NCBI GenBank assembly: GCA_035605575.1
Contig: DASTCJ010000114.1
Span: 1,285 to 65,284 of the forward strand
Direction of reading: 5' to 3'
Length of the DNA: 64,000 nucleotides
DNA from: Candidatus Methylomirabilota bacterium
Lineage (GTDB): Bacteria; Methylomirabilota; Methylomirabilia; Rokubacteriales; CSP1-6
Shown: in pieces, positions 9,002 to 18,731 of the stretch
Position numbering within the stretch: position 1 is the first letter of the stretch
Layout of the letters: every line of letters starts with the position of its first letter
Made by a program: the position numbers and the translations under genes
Notes under the pieces: generated by a model
What the model was told of the DNA's origin: nothing
The model's database searches: none
The model's input: the letters and a program-made list of their open reading frames with translations, nothing else

Positions 9002-9463
9002 ATGCACGCGGCCTGGCGCCCTGTCTCGCCGCCGCCATTCGCGGTGTGCTCTCGCTCACCGAGATCGCCTCAGGATGTCGTCCTGCTGCGGAGCCTCGCC
9101 GCCGGCGCCAAGGGCTACCTCATCAAGGACGTTGACCTCAATGAAGTGAAGCGGAGCATTCGCTCGGTCCATCGCGGACACTGCGTACTCGACCCCAAGG
9201 TGGCTTCGCGAATCATCGCGAAGGCGATGAGGCCGGGGGCGAAGGTGGTGAACGGCACAGCAGCCAGTCACGGTGTCCTCTCGGAGACGGATCTCGCCAT
9301 CCTTCGCCATCTGGCCCAGGGCATGACCAACAAGCAGATCGGTGCGCAGGTTCATCTCAGCGCCTACACGGTCAAGGATCATCTCGAGAAGATCGGGGCG
9401 GCGTTCGCCGCGCGCTCGCGCACGGAGATCGTCGCGGAGGCGCTTCGGGCCGGTCTCATCTAG
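9002..9463 (+). pseudogene. remnant of a NarL/FixJ-type response regulator: receiver domain truncated and frameshifted, LuxR HTH intact
   Basis: The ORF begins only at the alpha4-beta5 part of a receiver (LAAGAKGYLIKD) and continues into a LuxR HTH (LSETDLAILRHLAQGMTNKQIGAQVHLSAYTVKDHLEKI). The preceding beta4-like GVLSLTEI is in another frame around 9046-9066. There is no room for the N-terminal ~80 aa after the upstream stop at 8972. Confidence 0.55.
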
Positions 9464-9466
9464 ACT

Positions 9467-10315
9467 GTGCGCATGGATCGGCGACGCTTCGGCAGCGCCG
9501 CACGCGACGTCGCCGTCATCGGGCAGGGGACGTGGGAGATCGAGAAGGATCGACGCGCGGCGGCCGTGGCCGCCATCCAGCGCGGCCTCGATCTCGGCAT
9601 GACCCACATCGACACCGCCGAGATGTACGGGGCCGGCGCCGCCGAGGCGCTCGTGGCCGAGGCAATCGTGGGACGGCGCGAGGAGGCGTTTCTCGTCTCC
9701 AAGGTGCTGCCGGACAACGCCTCGCGTCGCGGAACGATCACCGCCTGCGAGGGCTCCCTGTCGCGGCTGCGAACGGATTATCTCGATTGCTATCTGCTTC
9801 ACTGGCCGGGCGAGCACCCTCTCGAGGAGACGGTGGAGGCCTTCGAGCAACTGCGACGCGAGGGCAAGATTCGCAGCTGGGGTGTGAGCAACTTCGACGT
9901 CGGGGACCTCGAGGCGGTGTGGAAGCTGGCGGGGGCGCGCGTGGCCTGCAATCAGGTCCTCTATCACCTCCAGGAGCGCGCCATCGAGCATGCCGTCATT
10001 CCGTGGTGCGAGCGCCACGGCATCGCCGTCGTCGCCTACAGTCCCTTCGGCTCCGGCGCGTTTCCGGGGCCGCGCAGCAAGGGCGGACGCCTGCTGGCGG
10101 CCATCGCGGACGCGCACGGGGCGACGCCGCGGCAGGTGGCGCTCGCCTTCATCGTCCAGAGCCGCGCGCTGTTCACCATTCCCAAGGCCGGCCGCGTGGA
10201 GCACGTCGAAGAAAACGCCGCCGCTGCCGGCGTGCGGCTCACCGCCGCCGACATCGCGCGCATCGAGCGCGCGTTCCCGCGCGGTCGCCGGCCGCGCGAG
10301 CTGCCGACGCTCTGA
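9467..10315 (+). CDS. aldo/keto reductase
   Basis: 282-aa ORF with GTWE, IDTAEMYG, CYLLHWP and SWGVSNF motifs. Confidence 0.9.
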   Translation: MRMDRRRFGSAARDVAVIGQGTWEIEKDRRAAAVAAIQRGLDLGMTHIDTAEMYGAGAAEALVAEAIVGRREEAFLVSKVLPDNASRRGTITACEGSLSRLRTDYLDCYLLHWPGEHPLEETVEAFEQLRREGKIRSWGVSNFDVGDLEAVWKLAGARVACNQVLYHLQERAIEHAVIPWCERHGIAVVAYSPFGSGAFPGPRSKGGRLLAAIADAHGATPRQVALAFIVQSRALFTIPKAGRVEHVEENAAAAGVRLTAADIARIERAFPRGRRPRELPTL

Positions 10316-10355
10316 GGCAGCCCCGATCCTGTGTCCGGTAGCCAGTAACTATGGG

Positions 10356-10361
10356 TATAAT
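10356..10361 (+). promoter_or_regulatory. candidate -10 box (TATAAT) upstream of the receiver gene
   Basis: Exact TATAAT sits in a short AT-rich island (gtaactatgggTATAATatcgg) 38 nt upstream of ATG 10399. The -35 match is weak. Confidence 0.3.
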
Positions 10362-10398
10362 ATCGGCGCTGACACGTCACACTTTGACAGCGGGGCCC

Positions 10399-10776
10399 AT
10401 GGCCGACGGCCAACTCTTGGTGGTCGACGACGAGCGTGAAATCACCGACCTGCTGGAGGAGCATTTTCGTGCGGCCGGCTACGTCGTCGACATCGCCCAC
10501 GACGGAACGCAAGCGCTCGTGATGGCCGCCGCCCGGCGGCCCGACGCCGTGCTGCTCGACATCACCATGCCGGGCCCGGACGGCGCGCAGGTCCTGGCCC
10601 GGCTGCGCGCGCTCGATCCCACCGTCTCCGTCGTGATGCTCACCGGCAGCCACGACGAGGCGCTGGCCCGGCGGCTATTGCGCGCGGGCGCCTTCGATTA
10701 CGTGGCGAAGCCCTTCCGACTGGAGGTGCTCGAGCGCGTGGTGGTGGCCGCGGTGGCCGCCGGCCGCCGCCCGTAA
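10399..10776 (+). CDS. single-domain response regulator (CheY-like receiver)
   Basis: Track ORF 10351..10776, using the internal ATG at 10399. Sequence: MADGQLLVVDDEREI...AVLLDITMPGPDG...VVMLTG...DYVAKPF. Confidence 0.85.
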   Translation: MADGQLLVVDDEREITDLLEEHFRAAGYVVDIAHDGTQALVMAAARRPDAVLLDITMPGPDGAQVLARLRALDPTVSVVMLTGSHDEALARRLLRAGAFDYVAKPFRLEVLERVVVAAVAAGRRP

Positions 10777-10794
10777 CCGCCGCCGGTTGCTTTA

Positions 10795-10823
10795 TTGACT
10801 TAACTGTTAACCGGGTCCACCAT
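10795..10823 (+). promoter_or_regulatory. candidate marR promoter with an operator-like palindrome; possibly leaderless
   Basis: TTGACT (10795-10800), a 17-nt spacer, then CACCAT (10818-10823). The spacer contains the palindrome TTAAC-T-GTTAA (10800-10810). ATG 10830 lies about 7 nt after the -10 and has no SD. Confidence 0.35.
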
Positions 10824-10829
10824 TAGCCC

Positions 10830-11309
10830 ATGCCGCCACGACGCGCGAGCGGGCGCCGTCTTCCGCGCACGGCCGCCCAGGCCCAGCGATTGCTCGATCT
10901 CCTGAACGCGCTCGGCAGCACGACGTTCCGTCAGCTGCTGTGGCAGCGCGCCTCCGAGCTCGACCTGACGTTCGCGCAGTCGCAGGTGCTGTTCTACGTC
11001 GCCGACCATCCGGCATGCGCGATGGGCGAGGTGGCCAAGGCGTTCGGCGTGACGCTGCCCGCGGTGACGCACATCGTGGACCGCCTGGAGGAGAAGCGTT
11101 TCATGGCGCGCGCGCATCATCCGGCCGATCGCCGCGTCTACGTGCTGGACCTCACCCGCGCCGGCCAGTCGCTGGTGGAGGAGCTCCACGGCATCCAGAT
11201 GCGCGCCCTCGACGGTGTCCTCACGCGGATGTCGGCGGACGACCGCGAGCGCGCCGTGCGCGGCATCGAAGCGCTCGTGGAAGCCGCGGTCGAGGCATCG
11301 ACTCGATGA
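10830..11309 (+). CDS. MarR family transcriptional regulator
   Basis: 159-aa ORF with a winged-HTH (LTFAQSQVLFYVADHPACAMGEVAKAFGVTLPAVTHIVDRLEEKRFMARAHHPADRRV). Its stop overlaps the next start (ATGA). Confidence 0.9.
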   Translation: MPPRRASGRRLPRTAAQAQRLLDLLNALGSTTFRQLLWQRASELDLTFAQSQVLFYVADHPACAMGEVAKAFGVTLPAVTHIVDRLEEKRFMARAHHPADRRVYVLDLTRAGQSLVEELHGIQMRALDGVLTRMSADDRERAVRGIEALVEAAVEASTR

Positions 11310-12583
11310 GGTGCGCCTGGGTGCTGTGGCTGTTCGCGGGAGCGGTGGCGCTGGCCGGCTGCTCCGATCGGGCCTCGGGCACGCCGGCCAAGGGCGCCGC
11401 GCCGCCCCCGGTGCCCGTGCTGGTCGCCAGCGCCACCGGCAAGCAAGTGCCGCTCGACATCGCGGCCATCGGCAACGTGCAGGCGCTCACCACCGTGGGC
11501 GTGAAATCGCAGGTGGCGGGTCAGGTGATGCAGGTTCACTTTTCCGAGGGGCGGGACGTCGAACGGGGCGACCTGCTCTTCACGATCGATCCGCGGCCGT
11601 TCGAGGCCGCCGTCCGGCAGGCGGAGGCGACCGTCGGCCGCGACCTCGCCCAGTTGCGACAAGCGGAGGCGGGATTGACGCAGCGCAAGGCCGAGATCCA
11701 GCAGGCGCTTGCGAATCTCGAGCGTGATACCGCCCAGCTCGAGAACGCGCGCACGCAGGAGCGGCGCTACCGCGAGCTCGTCGAAAAGGAGCTGATCGCG
11801 CGCGAGCAGTACGACAACTTCCGCACGCAGATGTCCGCCCTGGACGCGACGGTGGCTGCCGATCGCGCGGCCGTCGAGAACGCCAAGGCGTCGGCGCTGG
11901 CCGCCGAAGCCGGCGTCGAGAACGTGCGCGCCGTCATCAAAGCCGATCAGGCAGTGGTCGACAACGCGAAGCTTCAGCTCGCGTACACCGCCATCCGCTC
12001 GCCGATGAGCGGCCGAACCGGTAACCTGCTCGCCCAGGCCGGCAACGTGGTGAAGGCCAACGAAGGCGACCCCATGGTGATCATCGCGCAGACACATCCG
12101 ATCTACGTGTCGTTCGCGGTGCCCGAGCACTATCTCGCCGACATCACGCGCTATCAGACGAAGGCGGGACTCACCGTGCGCGCCACGCCGCCGGGCGGCG
12201 CCCCGCCGGCCACCGGACGGCTCACCTTCGTGAACAACGTCGTCGACGCCACCACGGGCACCATTCAGCTCAAGGCCACCTTCGACAACGAGGACAACTC
12301 CCTGTGGCCAGGCCAGTACGTCGACGTGATTCTCACGCTCACCACGGAGCAGGCCGTCACGGTGCCCGCCGAGGCCGTGCAGAGCGGCCAGCAAGGGCCC
12401 TTCGTCTTCGTGGTGAAGCCGGACCTGAAAGTGGAGCCGCGGACGGTGCAACCCGGCCGCCGCGTCGGCGGTGACATCATCATCGAGCGCGGGCTTGAAG
12501 CGGGCGAGCGCGTGGTGACGGACGGTCAGCTCCGGCTCGTTCCGGGCGCCAAGGTCGAGATCAAGACCGCGAAGCCGTCGTGA
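11306..12583 (+). CDS. efflux RND transporter periplasmic adaptor (membrane fusion) lipoprotein
   Basis: Internal ATG of track ORF 10940..12583. It has a lipobox (LFAGAVALAGCS), a coiled-coil hairpin and typical AcrA/MexA blocks (YTAIRSPMSGRTG). Confidence 0.9.
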   Translation: MRCAWVLWLFAGAVALAGCSDRASGTPAKGAAPPPVPVLVASATGKQVPLDIAAIGNVQALTTVGVKSQVAGQVMQVHFSEGRDVERGDLLFTIDPRPFEAAVRQAEATVGRDLAQLRQAEAGLTQRKAEIQQALANLERDTAQLENARTQERRYRELVEKELIAREQYDNFRTQMSALDATVAADRAAVENAKASALAAEAGVENVRAVIKADQAVVDNAKLQLAYTAIRSPMSGRTGNLLAQAGNVVKANEGDPMVIIAQTHPIYVSFAVPEHYLADITRYQTKAGLTVRATPPGGAPPATGRLTFVNNVVDATTGTIQLKATFDNEDNSLWPGQYVDVILTLTTEQAVTVPAEAVQSGQQGPFVFVVKPDLKVEPRTVQPGRRVGGDIIIERGLEAGERVVTDGQLRLVPGAKVEIKTAKPS

Positions 12584-15500
12584 ACCCCGAGCTCTTCATC
12601 CGTCGTCCGGTCCTCACCACGCTGTTGATGGCGGGCATCGTCATCTTCGGCCTCATGGCCTATCAGCTGTTGCCGGTGAGCGACCTGCCGAACGTCGACT
12701 TCCCGACCATCCAGGTGCAGGCCACGCTGCCCGGTGCGAGCCCGGAGACGATGGCGTCGGCGGTGGCCACGCCGCTCGAGAAGCAGTTCACCACGATCGC
12801 CGGCATCGATTCCATGACGTCGACGAGCGCGCTGGGCCTCAGCAACATCACCATCCAGTTCGCGCTCAGCCGGAACATCGATGCCGCCGCGCAGGACGTG
12901 CAGGCGGCCATCACGAAGGCGGCGCCGCTGCTGCCACCGGGCATGCCGACGCCGCCGACGTACCAGAAGGTGAACCCGGCCGACCAGCCGGTGATCTATC
13001 TCTCGGTCAGCTCGCCCACGCTGCCGCTCTATACCGTCGACGAGTACGCGCAGACGAACATCGCCCAGCGCATCTCGACCATCAACGGCGTCGCGCAGGT
13101 GCAGGTGTTCGGCTCGCAGAAGTACGCCGTGCGCGTCCAGGTCGATCCCCGCGCGCTCGCCTCGCGCGGCATCGGCATCGACGAGGTACAGCAGGCCATC
13201 GCGCGCTCCAACGTGAACAAGCCGACGGGGACGCTCTACGGGCCGCACCAGGCGTTCAACGTGCAGGCCACCGGCCAGCTGCTCGATGCCGCCGCCTACC
13301 GCTCCATGGTCGTCACCTATCGCAACGGCTCGCCGGTGCGGCTGGAGGAGATCGGTCGCGTCATCGACGGTGTGCAGACGGACAAGGTGGCGAGCTGGTA
13401 CAACAAGGAGCGCGCGGTCGTGCTGGCCATCCAGAAGCAGCCCGGCACGAACAGCGTCCAGGTCGTGGACTCCATCCGCGCGCTGCTGCCGACCTTTCGC
13501 ATGCAGATCCCCGCGTCGGTCAGCATCAACGTGCTCTACGATCGCTCGGCGGCGATCCGCGAGTCGGTGCACGACGTGCAGTTCACCCTCGGCCTCACCA
13601 TCGCGCTGGTGGTGATGGTGATCTTCATCTTCCTGCGCAACGTCTCGGCGACCATCATCCCGAGCCTGGCGGTGCCGCTGTCGATCGTGGGGACGTTCGG
13701 CGTCATGTACCTGCTCAACTACACGATCGACATCATCTCGCTCATGGCGCTCACGCTCTGCGTCGGCTTCGTGGTCGACGATGCGGTGGTGATGCTCGAG
13801 AACATCGTTCGCCACATGGAGCAGGGGAAGGGCCGGATGGAGGCCGCCCTCATCGGCTCGCGCGAGATCGGGTTCACGATCCTGTCGATGACGGTGTCGC
13901 TGGCCGCCGTGTTCATTCCGGTTCTCTTCATGGGCGGCGTGGTCGGCCGACTGCTCCACGAGTTCGCGGTCGTCATCGGGGTGGCCGTCGTCGTGTCCGG
14001 CATCGTCTCGCTCTCGTTGACGCCGATGCTCTGCAGCCGCTTCTTGAAGGAGCCGTCCCGCTCGCACGGCGCTCTCTATCGTGCCTCCGAGCGCTTCTTC
14101 GACGGCATGCTGCGCACCTACGACGTGAGCCTGCGCTGGGTGCTGCGCCATCGCGTCTTTACGCTGCTGGTGCTCGTCCTGACGTTCGTGCTCACCGCCG
14201 TGCTGGCGATGCGGATTCCGAAGGGGTTCATCCCCAATGAGGACACCGGCCAGATCTTCGCGTTCACTGAGGCCGCGCAGGACGTGTCCTTCGACGCGAT
14301 GGTGGCCCGCCAGCGGGCCGCGGCCGAGATCGTGAGCCAGCAGCCGTACGTGGAGCAGTTCATGTCCGCCGTCGGGGCGGGTGGCTCCGGCGTGGTGCCC
14401 AACACGGGCCGGCTCTTCATCCGACTCAAGCCGCACGCCCAGCGGCCGCACGTCGAACAGGTCATCGAGGACCTGCGACCAAAGCTGGCCGCGGTGCCGG
14501 GCCTGCGCGTGTATCCGCAGAACCTGCCGACCATCCGAATCGGCGGAAACCTCACCAAGGCCGTCTATCAGTTCACGCTGCAGGACACCGACCTGAAGTC
14601 GTTGTACCACTGGGCCCCGGTGATTTTCGAGCGGATCCGACAGCTCCCGGCCCTTCAGGACGTGAACACCGATCTGCAGATCGCCAGCCCGCAGGTGATC
14701 GTGGACATCGATCGCGCCAAGGCGGCGTCGCTCGGCGTGACGGCCGAGCAGATCGAGAGCGCGCTCGGCAACGCGTATGGCGCGCAGCAGGTCTCGACGA
14801 TCTACACGCCTTCGAACCAGTACTGGGTCATTCTCGAGGTCGACCCGAAGTATCAGCGCGATCCGGCGGCCCTCTCACTGCTGTACGTGCGCGCGTCCAC
14901 GGGCAAGCTCGTGCCGCTCAACACGGTGGCCACACTCCGCGAATCGCTGGGTCCGCTGACGGTGAATCACCTCGGGCAGCTGCCGTCGGTGACGATCTCG
15001 TTCAACACGCGGCCCGGCGTGTCGCTGAGCGACGCCGTCGGCCAGGTCGAGAGCGTCATGCGCGAGCTGAGGCCGCCCGCCACGCTGGCGACGTCGTTCC
15101 AGGGCGCCGCGCAGGCGTTCCAGGATTCGCTCCGCGGCCAGGGGATGCTGCTGCTGGCGACGGTGGTGGTGATCTATCTCATCCTCGGCATCCTGTACGA
15201 GAGCTTCGTCCACCCGCTCACGATCCTGTCCGGCCTCTTGCCGGCGGGTGTCGGCGCCCTGGCCGCGCTGACCCTGTTCGGCATGGAGCTGAACATCTAC
15301 GGCTTCGTCGGCATGATCATGCTGGTCGGCATCGTGAAGAAGAACGCGATCATGATGATCGACTTCGCGATCGACGCCGAGCGTGCCGGCGCCAAGCCCG
15401 CGGATGCCATCTATCAAGGATGTCTGCTGCGCTTCCGGCCGATCATGATGACCACCATGGCCGCGCTGTTCGGGACGCTACCCATCGCGCTCGGGATCGG

Positions 15501-15687
15501 CGCCGGCGCCGACGCGCGCCGGCCGCTCGGCATCGCGGTGGTGGGGGGGCTGCTCGTCTCGCAGCTGCTGACGCTCTACATCACGCCGGTGCTCTACATC
15601 GCGCTCGAATCCGCGCAGCGCTTCCTCGCCCGGCATGCGGTGTCGCGCGTCTTCTTCTGGCGGCGCACCGTCCCCGCGCACAGCTGA
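12580..15687 (+). CDS. efflux RND transporter permease (AcrB/MexB/MdtB-type)
   Basis: 1035-aa ORF with a typical N-terminus (FIRRPVLTTLLMAGIVIFG) and 12-TM organisation. GTGA overlap with the adaptor gene. Confidence 0.95.
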   Translation: MNPELFIRRPVLTTLLMAGIVIFGLMAYQLLPVSDLPNVDFPTIQVQATLPGASPETMASAVATPLEKQFTTIAGIDSMTSTSALGLSNITIQFALSRNIDAAAQDVQAAITKAAPLLPPGMPTPPTYQKVNPADQPVIYLSVSSPTLPLYTVDEYAQTNIAQRISTINGVAQVQVFGSQKYAVRVQVDPRALASRGIGIDEVQQAIARSNVNKPTGTLYGPHQAFNVQATGQLLDAAAYRSMVVTYRNGSPVRLEEIGRVIDGVQTDKVASWYNKERAVVLAIQKQPGTNSVQVVDSIRALLPTFRMQIPASVSINVLYDRSAAIRESVHDVQFTLGLTIALVVMVIFIFLRNVSATIIPSLAVPLSIVGTFGVMYLLNYTIDIISLMALTLCVGFVVDDAVVMLENIVRHMEQGKGRMEAALIGSREIGFTILSMTVSLAAVFIPVLFMGGVVGRLLHEFAVVIGVAVVVSGIVSLSLTPMLCSRFLKEPSRSHGALYRASERFFDGMLRTYDVSLRWVLRHRVFTLLVLVLTFVLTAVLAMRIPKGFIPNEDTGQIFAFTEAAQDVSFDAMVARQRAAAEIVSQQPYVEQFMSAVGAGGSGVVPNTGRLFIRLKPHAQRPHVEQVIEDLRPKLAAVPGLRVYPQNLPTIRIGGNLTKAVYQFTLQDTDLKSLYHWAPVIFERIRQLPALQDVNTDLQIASPQVIVDIDRAKAASLGVTAEQIESALGNAYGAQQVSTIYTPSNQYWVILEVDPKYQRDPAALSLLYVRASTGKLVPLNTVATLRESLGPLTVNHLGQLPSVTISFNTRPGVSLSDAVGQVESVMRELRPPATLATSFQGAAQAFQDSLRGQGMLLLATVVVIYLILGILYESFVHPLTILSGLLPAGVGALAALTLFGMELNIYGFVGMIMLVGIVKKNAIMMIDFAIDAERAGAKPADAIYQGCLLRFRPIMMTTMAALFGTLPIALGIGAGADARRPLGIAVVGGLLVSQLLTLYITPVLYIALESAQRFLARHAVSRVFFWRRTVPAHS

Positions 15688-15871
15688 CCGCCGCCGCCAC
15701 CGGCCATGCCGCCGTCCTACGGCGGTCCGGGTCGCGACCCTTCACCGCGGTGCACGAGCGAAGCCGCGGCGGTAAGAATTCCGGCGAGTCCGCCTCGAAC
15801 ACGATCAGATTGTGCGTCAGCCGCCAGTGACCGCTCGTATCGCCTCTTGATCCTCTGACGAAGCAAGGGGT

Positions 15872-15898
15872 GTGCCGCGCGGCTCACCTGCGCGGCAC
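15872..15898 (+). terminator. GC hairpin downstream of the RND operon
   Basis: GTGCCGCGC (15872-15880) pairs with GCGCGGCAC (15890-15898) across a 9-nt loop. No U-tract. Confidence 0.3.
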
Positions 15899-15980
15899 AG
15901 AGAGGAAGTGAGCGGCATGTCCGTTGCTGGCGCCAGACCCTTTGTTTCGCGGCGATTGAACTCAGGGTGAGGAGGGCGGC

Positions 15981-16937
15981 ATGGCGATGCAGGGCGTGAC
16001 GATACGAGACTCCGCAACGAGCATGGAGCGCCGCGGCAACGGGCGCGACGGCAGCGAGCGGCTGGCCATCGGACTCGGGTGGTTCAGCATCGGCCTCGGC
16101 GTCGCCGAGCTCGTGGCGCCGCGCGCGGTCGCGCGCGGCATCGGCCTCCGGGAGCACGCGACGAGCCGGAGCCTCACGCGCTTCTGCGGGCTGCGCGAGC
16201 TAGCCGCCGGCGTCGGGATCCTCAGGGAGCGGCGGCCGGCGGCCTGGGTCTGGTCGCGCGTCCTCGGCGACGTCATGGATCTCGCGCTGCTCGGCGCGGG
16301 CTTCGCGGGGCGCCGGACGAACCGCACGCGGCTGGCCGCGGCGACCGCCGCGGTGGCCGGCGTGACCATCGTCGATGCGCTGTGCGCTCAGCGATTGACC
16401 GCGTTGAGTCGCCTGTCGATGCAGATCACGGCCGGGGGGACCTTGCGCGTACGTCGCCGGATCACCGTGAACCGTCCTGCCGATGCGCTCTACCGGTTCT
16501 GGCGCGATTTCTCGAACGCTCCGCGCTTCATGCAGCGCGTGGATTCGGTCCAGACTACCGGCGAGCGGCGCACGCACTGGCGCGCGCGTGGACCGGCTGG
16601 CATCAATCTCGAATGGGACGCGGACGTCACCGAGGAGCGTCCGAACGAGCTGATCGCGTGGCGCTCGCTCGATACCGTGCCGTTCCAGCATTCCGGCGTG
16701 GTGCGCTTCGAGCCGGCGCCGGCGGGCCGCGGGACCGTCGTCACCGTCGAGATGGAATATGCGCCGCCAGGCGGCGGCCTCACCGCGACCGCGGCAACGC
16801 TGCTCGGCTACGCGCCCGAGCAGCAGGCTCAGGAGGACCTCCGGCGCTTCAAGCAGCTGATGGAGACGGGCCTCGTGGTTCTGGCGCAGCCGACCGAAGC
16901 GTCGCGGCGCTCGCTCGCCGCCGGAGGTGCGCGATGA
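15981..16937 (+). CDS. SRPBCC (cyclase/dehydrase) family protein with an N-terminal membrane segment
   Basis: 318-aa ORF with GAGGAGG 6 nt upstream. The C-terminal half ([29 protein letters not shown]...[11 protein letters not shown]) is SRPBCC-like. Confidence 0.8.
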   Translation: MAMQGVTIRDSATSMERRGNGRDGSERLAIGLGWFSIGLGVAELVAPRAVARGIGLREHATSRSLTRFCGLRELAAGVGILRERRPAAWVWSRVLGDVMDLALLGAGFAGRRTNRTRLAAATAAVAGVTIVDALCAQRLTALSRLSMQITAGGTLRVRRRITVNRPADALYRFWRDFSNAPRFMQRVDSVQTTGERRTHWRARGPAGINLEWDADVTEERPNELIAWRSLDTVPFQHSGVVRFEPAPAGRGTVVTVEMEYAPPGGGLTATAATLLGYAPEQQAQEDLRRFKQLMETGLVVLAQPTEASRRSLAAGGAR

Positions 16938-18106
16938 AAGCGACGTGCTGGATGAGCAAGACCGACGTCCAGGTCCGGCAGGTTCCGGATCCGCAGATGC
17001 TCAATGAGCGGGACGCCATCCTTCGTGTCACGTCGACGGCCATCTGCGGATCCGATCTGCACCTCTACAATGGATTCGTTCCGACGATGAAGTCCGGCGA
17101 CATCCTCGGCCACGAGTTCATGGGCGAGATCGTGGAGACCGGTCCGGCCGTGAGCGATCTCAAGACCGGCGACCGCGTGGTGGTGCCGTTCCCGATCTCC
17201 TGCGGGGCCTGCGCGCAATGCCGCCGCGGATTGTTCTCGCTGTGCGAGAACACGAACCCGAACGCCTGGATGGCCGAGAAGCTCTGGGGCTACTCGCCCG
17301 CCGGCATCTATGGCTACTCGCACATGACCGGCGGCTATGCGGGCGGTCAGGCGGAGTACGTCCGGGTGCCGTTCGCCGACGTCAACCCGCTGAAGATCCC
17401 GGCGGGTGTTCCCGACGAGCAGGTGCTCTTCCTCTCCGACATCCTGCCGACGGGGTACATGGGCGCCGAGATGTGCAACATCCAGCCCGGCGACATCATC
17501 GCGGTGTGGGGGTGCGGGCCGGTCGGTCAGTTCGCCATCAAGAGCGCGAAGGTGCTCGGCGCCGAGCGCGTCATTGCCATCGATCGGTTCCCGTACCGCC
17601 TGCGTATCGCGCGTGAGCGCGCGGGCGCGACGGAGACGATCAACTACGAGGAGATCGATCTTTACGACGCGCTCAAGGACCTCACGGGCGGCCGTGGGCC
17701 GGACGCCTGTATCGACGCCGTCGGTCTCGAGGCGCATCTGCCCGGCGCTCTCGGAGCGTACGATCGCTTGAAGCAAGCCACCGGCCTGGAAAGCGATCGT
17801 CCACACGCGCTGCGCGAGGCCATCATGGCATGCCGCAGCGGCGGCACCGTGTCCGTGATCGGCGTCTACGGCGGGTTCATCGACAAGTTCCCCATCGGCT
17901 CACTGATGAACCGCTCGATCACGATCAGAACCGGACAATGCCATGTGCAGCGCTACATGAAGCCGCTGCTCGAGCGCATCCAGAAGGGCGAGATCGATCC
18001 GACGTTCATCATCACGCATCGCCTGCCACTCGACGACGCCCCGCGCGGCTACGAGATGTTCGTGAACAAGGAGGACGACTGCCTGAAAGTCGTGCTGACG
18101 CCGTAG
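16934..18106 (+). CDS. zinc-dependent alcohol dehydrogenase family protein (formaldehyde dehydrogenase-like)
   Basis: Internal ATG of track ORF 16079..18106 (ATGA overlap). Motifs: [28 protein letters not shown]. Confidence 0.9.
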   Translation: MKATCWMSKTDVQVRQVPDPQMLNERDAILRVTSTAICGSDLHLYNGFVPTMKSGDILGHEFMGEIVETGPAVSDLKTGDRVVVPFPISCGACAQCRRGLFSLCENTNPNAWMAEKLWGYSPAGIYGYSHMTGGYAGGQAEYVRVPFADVNPLKIPAGVPDEQVLFLSDILPTGYMGAEMCNIQPGDIIAVWGCGPVGQFAIKSAKVLGAERVIAIDRFPYRLRIARERAGATETINYEEIDLYDALKDLTGGRGPDACIDAVGLEAHLPGALGAYDRLKQATGLESDRPHALREAIMACRSGGTVSVIGVYGGFIDKFPIGSLMNRSITIRTGQCHVQRYMKPLLERIQKGEIDPTFIITHRLPLDDAPRGYEMFVNKEDDCLKVVLTP

Positions 18107-18131
18107 GGAGAGACGCGCGAGGGCTGGCCAT

Positions 18132-18731
18132 CTATTGAATCGGCATGCCTGCGATGAACCGCGCGAGCTCGGTGATGGCGTCGTCGGTCAGGGGCTGCGC
18201 GACCGTGGTCATGGCCCCGTCCAGATCGCCGCGCGTGCCGGCCTTGAAGCGACGGAGCTGACTCGTGAGGTAGTCGGGCTGCAGCGTCGAGAGCCTCGGC
18301 GCATACTCGCGGCCTTCGAGCGCGGCGCCGTGGCAGGCGAAGCAGAAGTGGCGCTCAGCGAGCGCGCGGCCCGCCTCCGCTTGTGCCGGCGTGAGTGGTA
18401 CGCGAGCCGGAGTCACCGGCTTCTGCGACGCGTAGAAGGCCGCCAGCTCCGCCATGTCGGTATCGCTCAGCGCCGCCGCCAGCGGCGTCATCTGCGCATC
18501 CTTCCGGCGTCCGTCGCGGAACAGCACGAGCTGCCAGTGGAGATAGGCGGTCGGCTGTCCGGCCAGCGACGGCACCGTCGGGATCGAGGAGTTGCCGGTG
18601 GCGCCGTGACAGGCGCCGCAGGGCTCCGCTTTGCGGCGGCCGGCGTCGTCGGCGGCGCGCGGTCGCGGCGCGCCCGCCGCCACGCTGGCGGCGACGAGCG
18701 CGCCGATGAAGACGCGGCGAGCGGGGCTCAG
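18132..18731 (-). CDS. di-haem c-type cytochrome (c4-like)
   Basis: Two CxxCH sites (CGACH, CFACH). The track starts at GTG 18683, which lacks a signal peptide. An in-frame CTG at 18731 overlaps the upstream stop (CTGA) and adds SPARRVFIGALVAASVAAGA, a good signal peptide. The start is therefore uncertain. Confidence 0.75.
   Translation of the reverse strand: MSPARRVFIGALVAASVAAGAPRPRAADDAGRRKAEPCGACHGATGNSSIPTVPSLAGQPTAYLHWQLVLFRDGRRKDAQMTPLAAALSDTDMAELAAFYASQKPVTPARVPLTPAQAEAGRALAERHFCFACHGAALEGREYAPRLSTLQPDYLTSQLRRFKAGTRGDLDGAMTTVAQPLTDDAITELARFIAGMPIQ

Noticed and set aside
12526-14610. 694-aa minus-strand ORF spanning the RND permease region
   Set aside because: It is antisense to a clearly homologous AcrB-type gene. 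The product is an Arg/His/Asp/Gly-rich low-complexity string. This is the typical open antisense frame of very GC-rich DNA.
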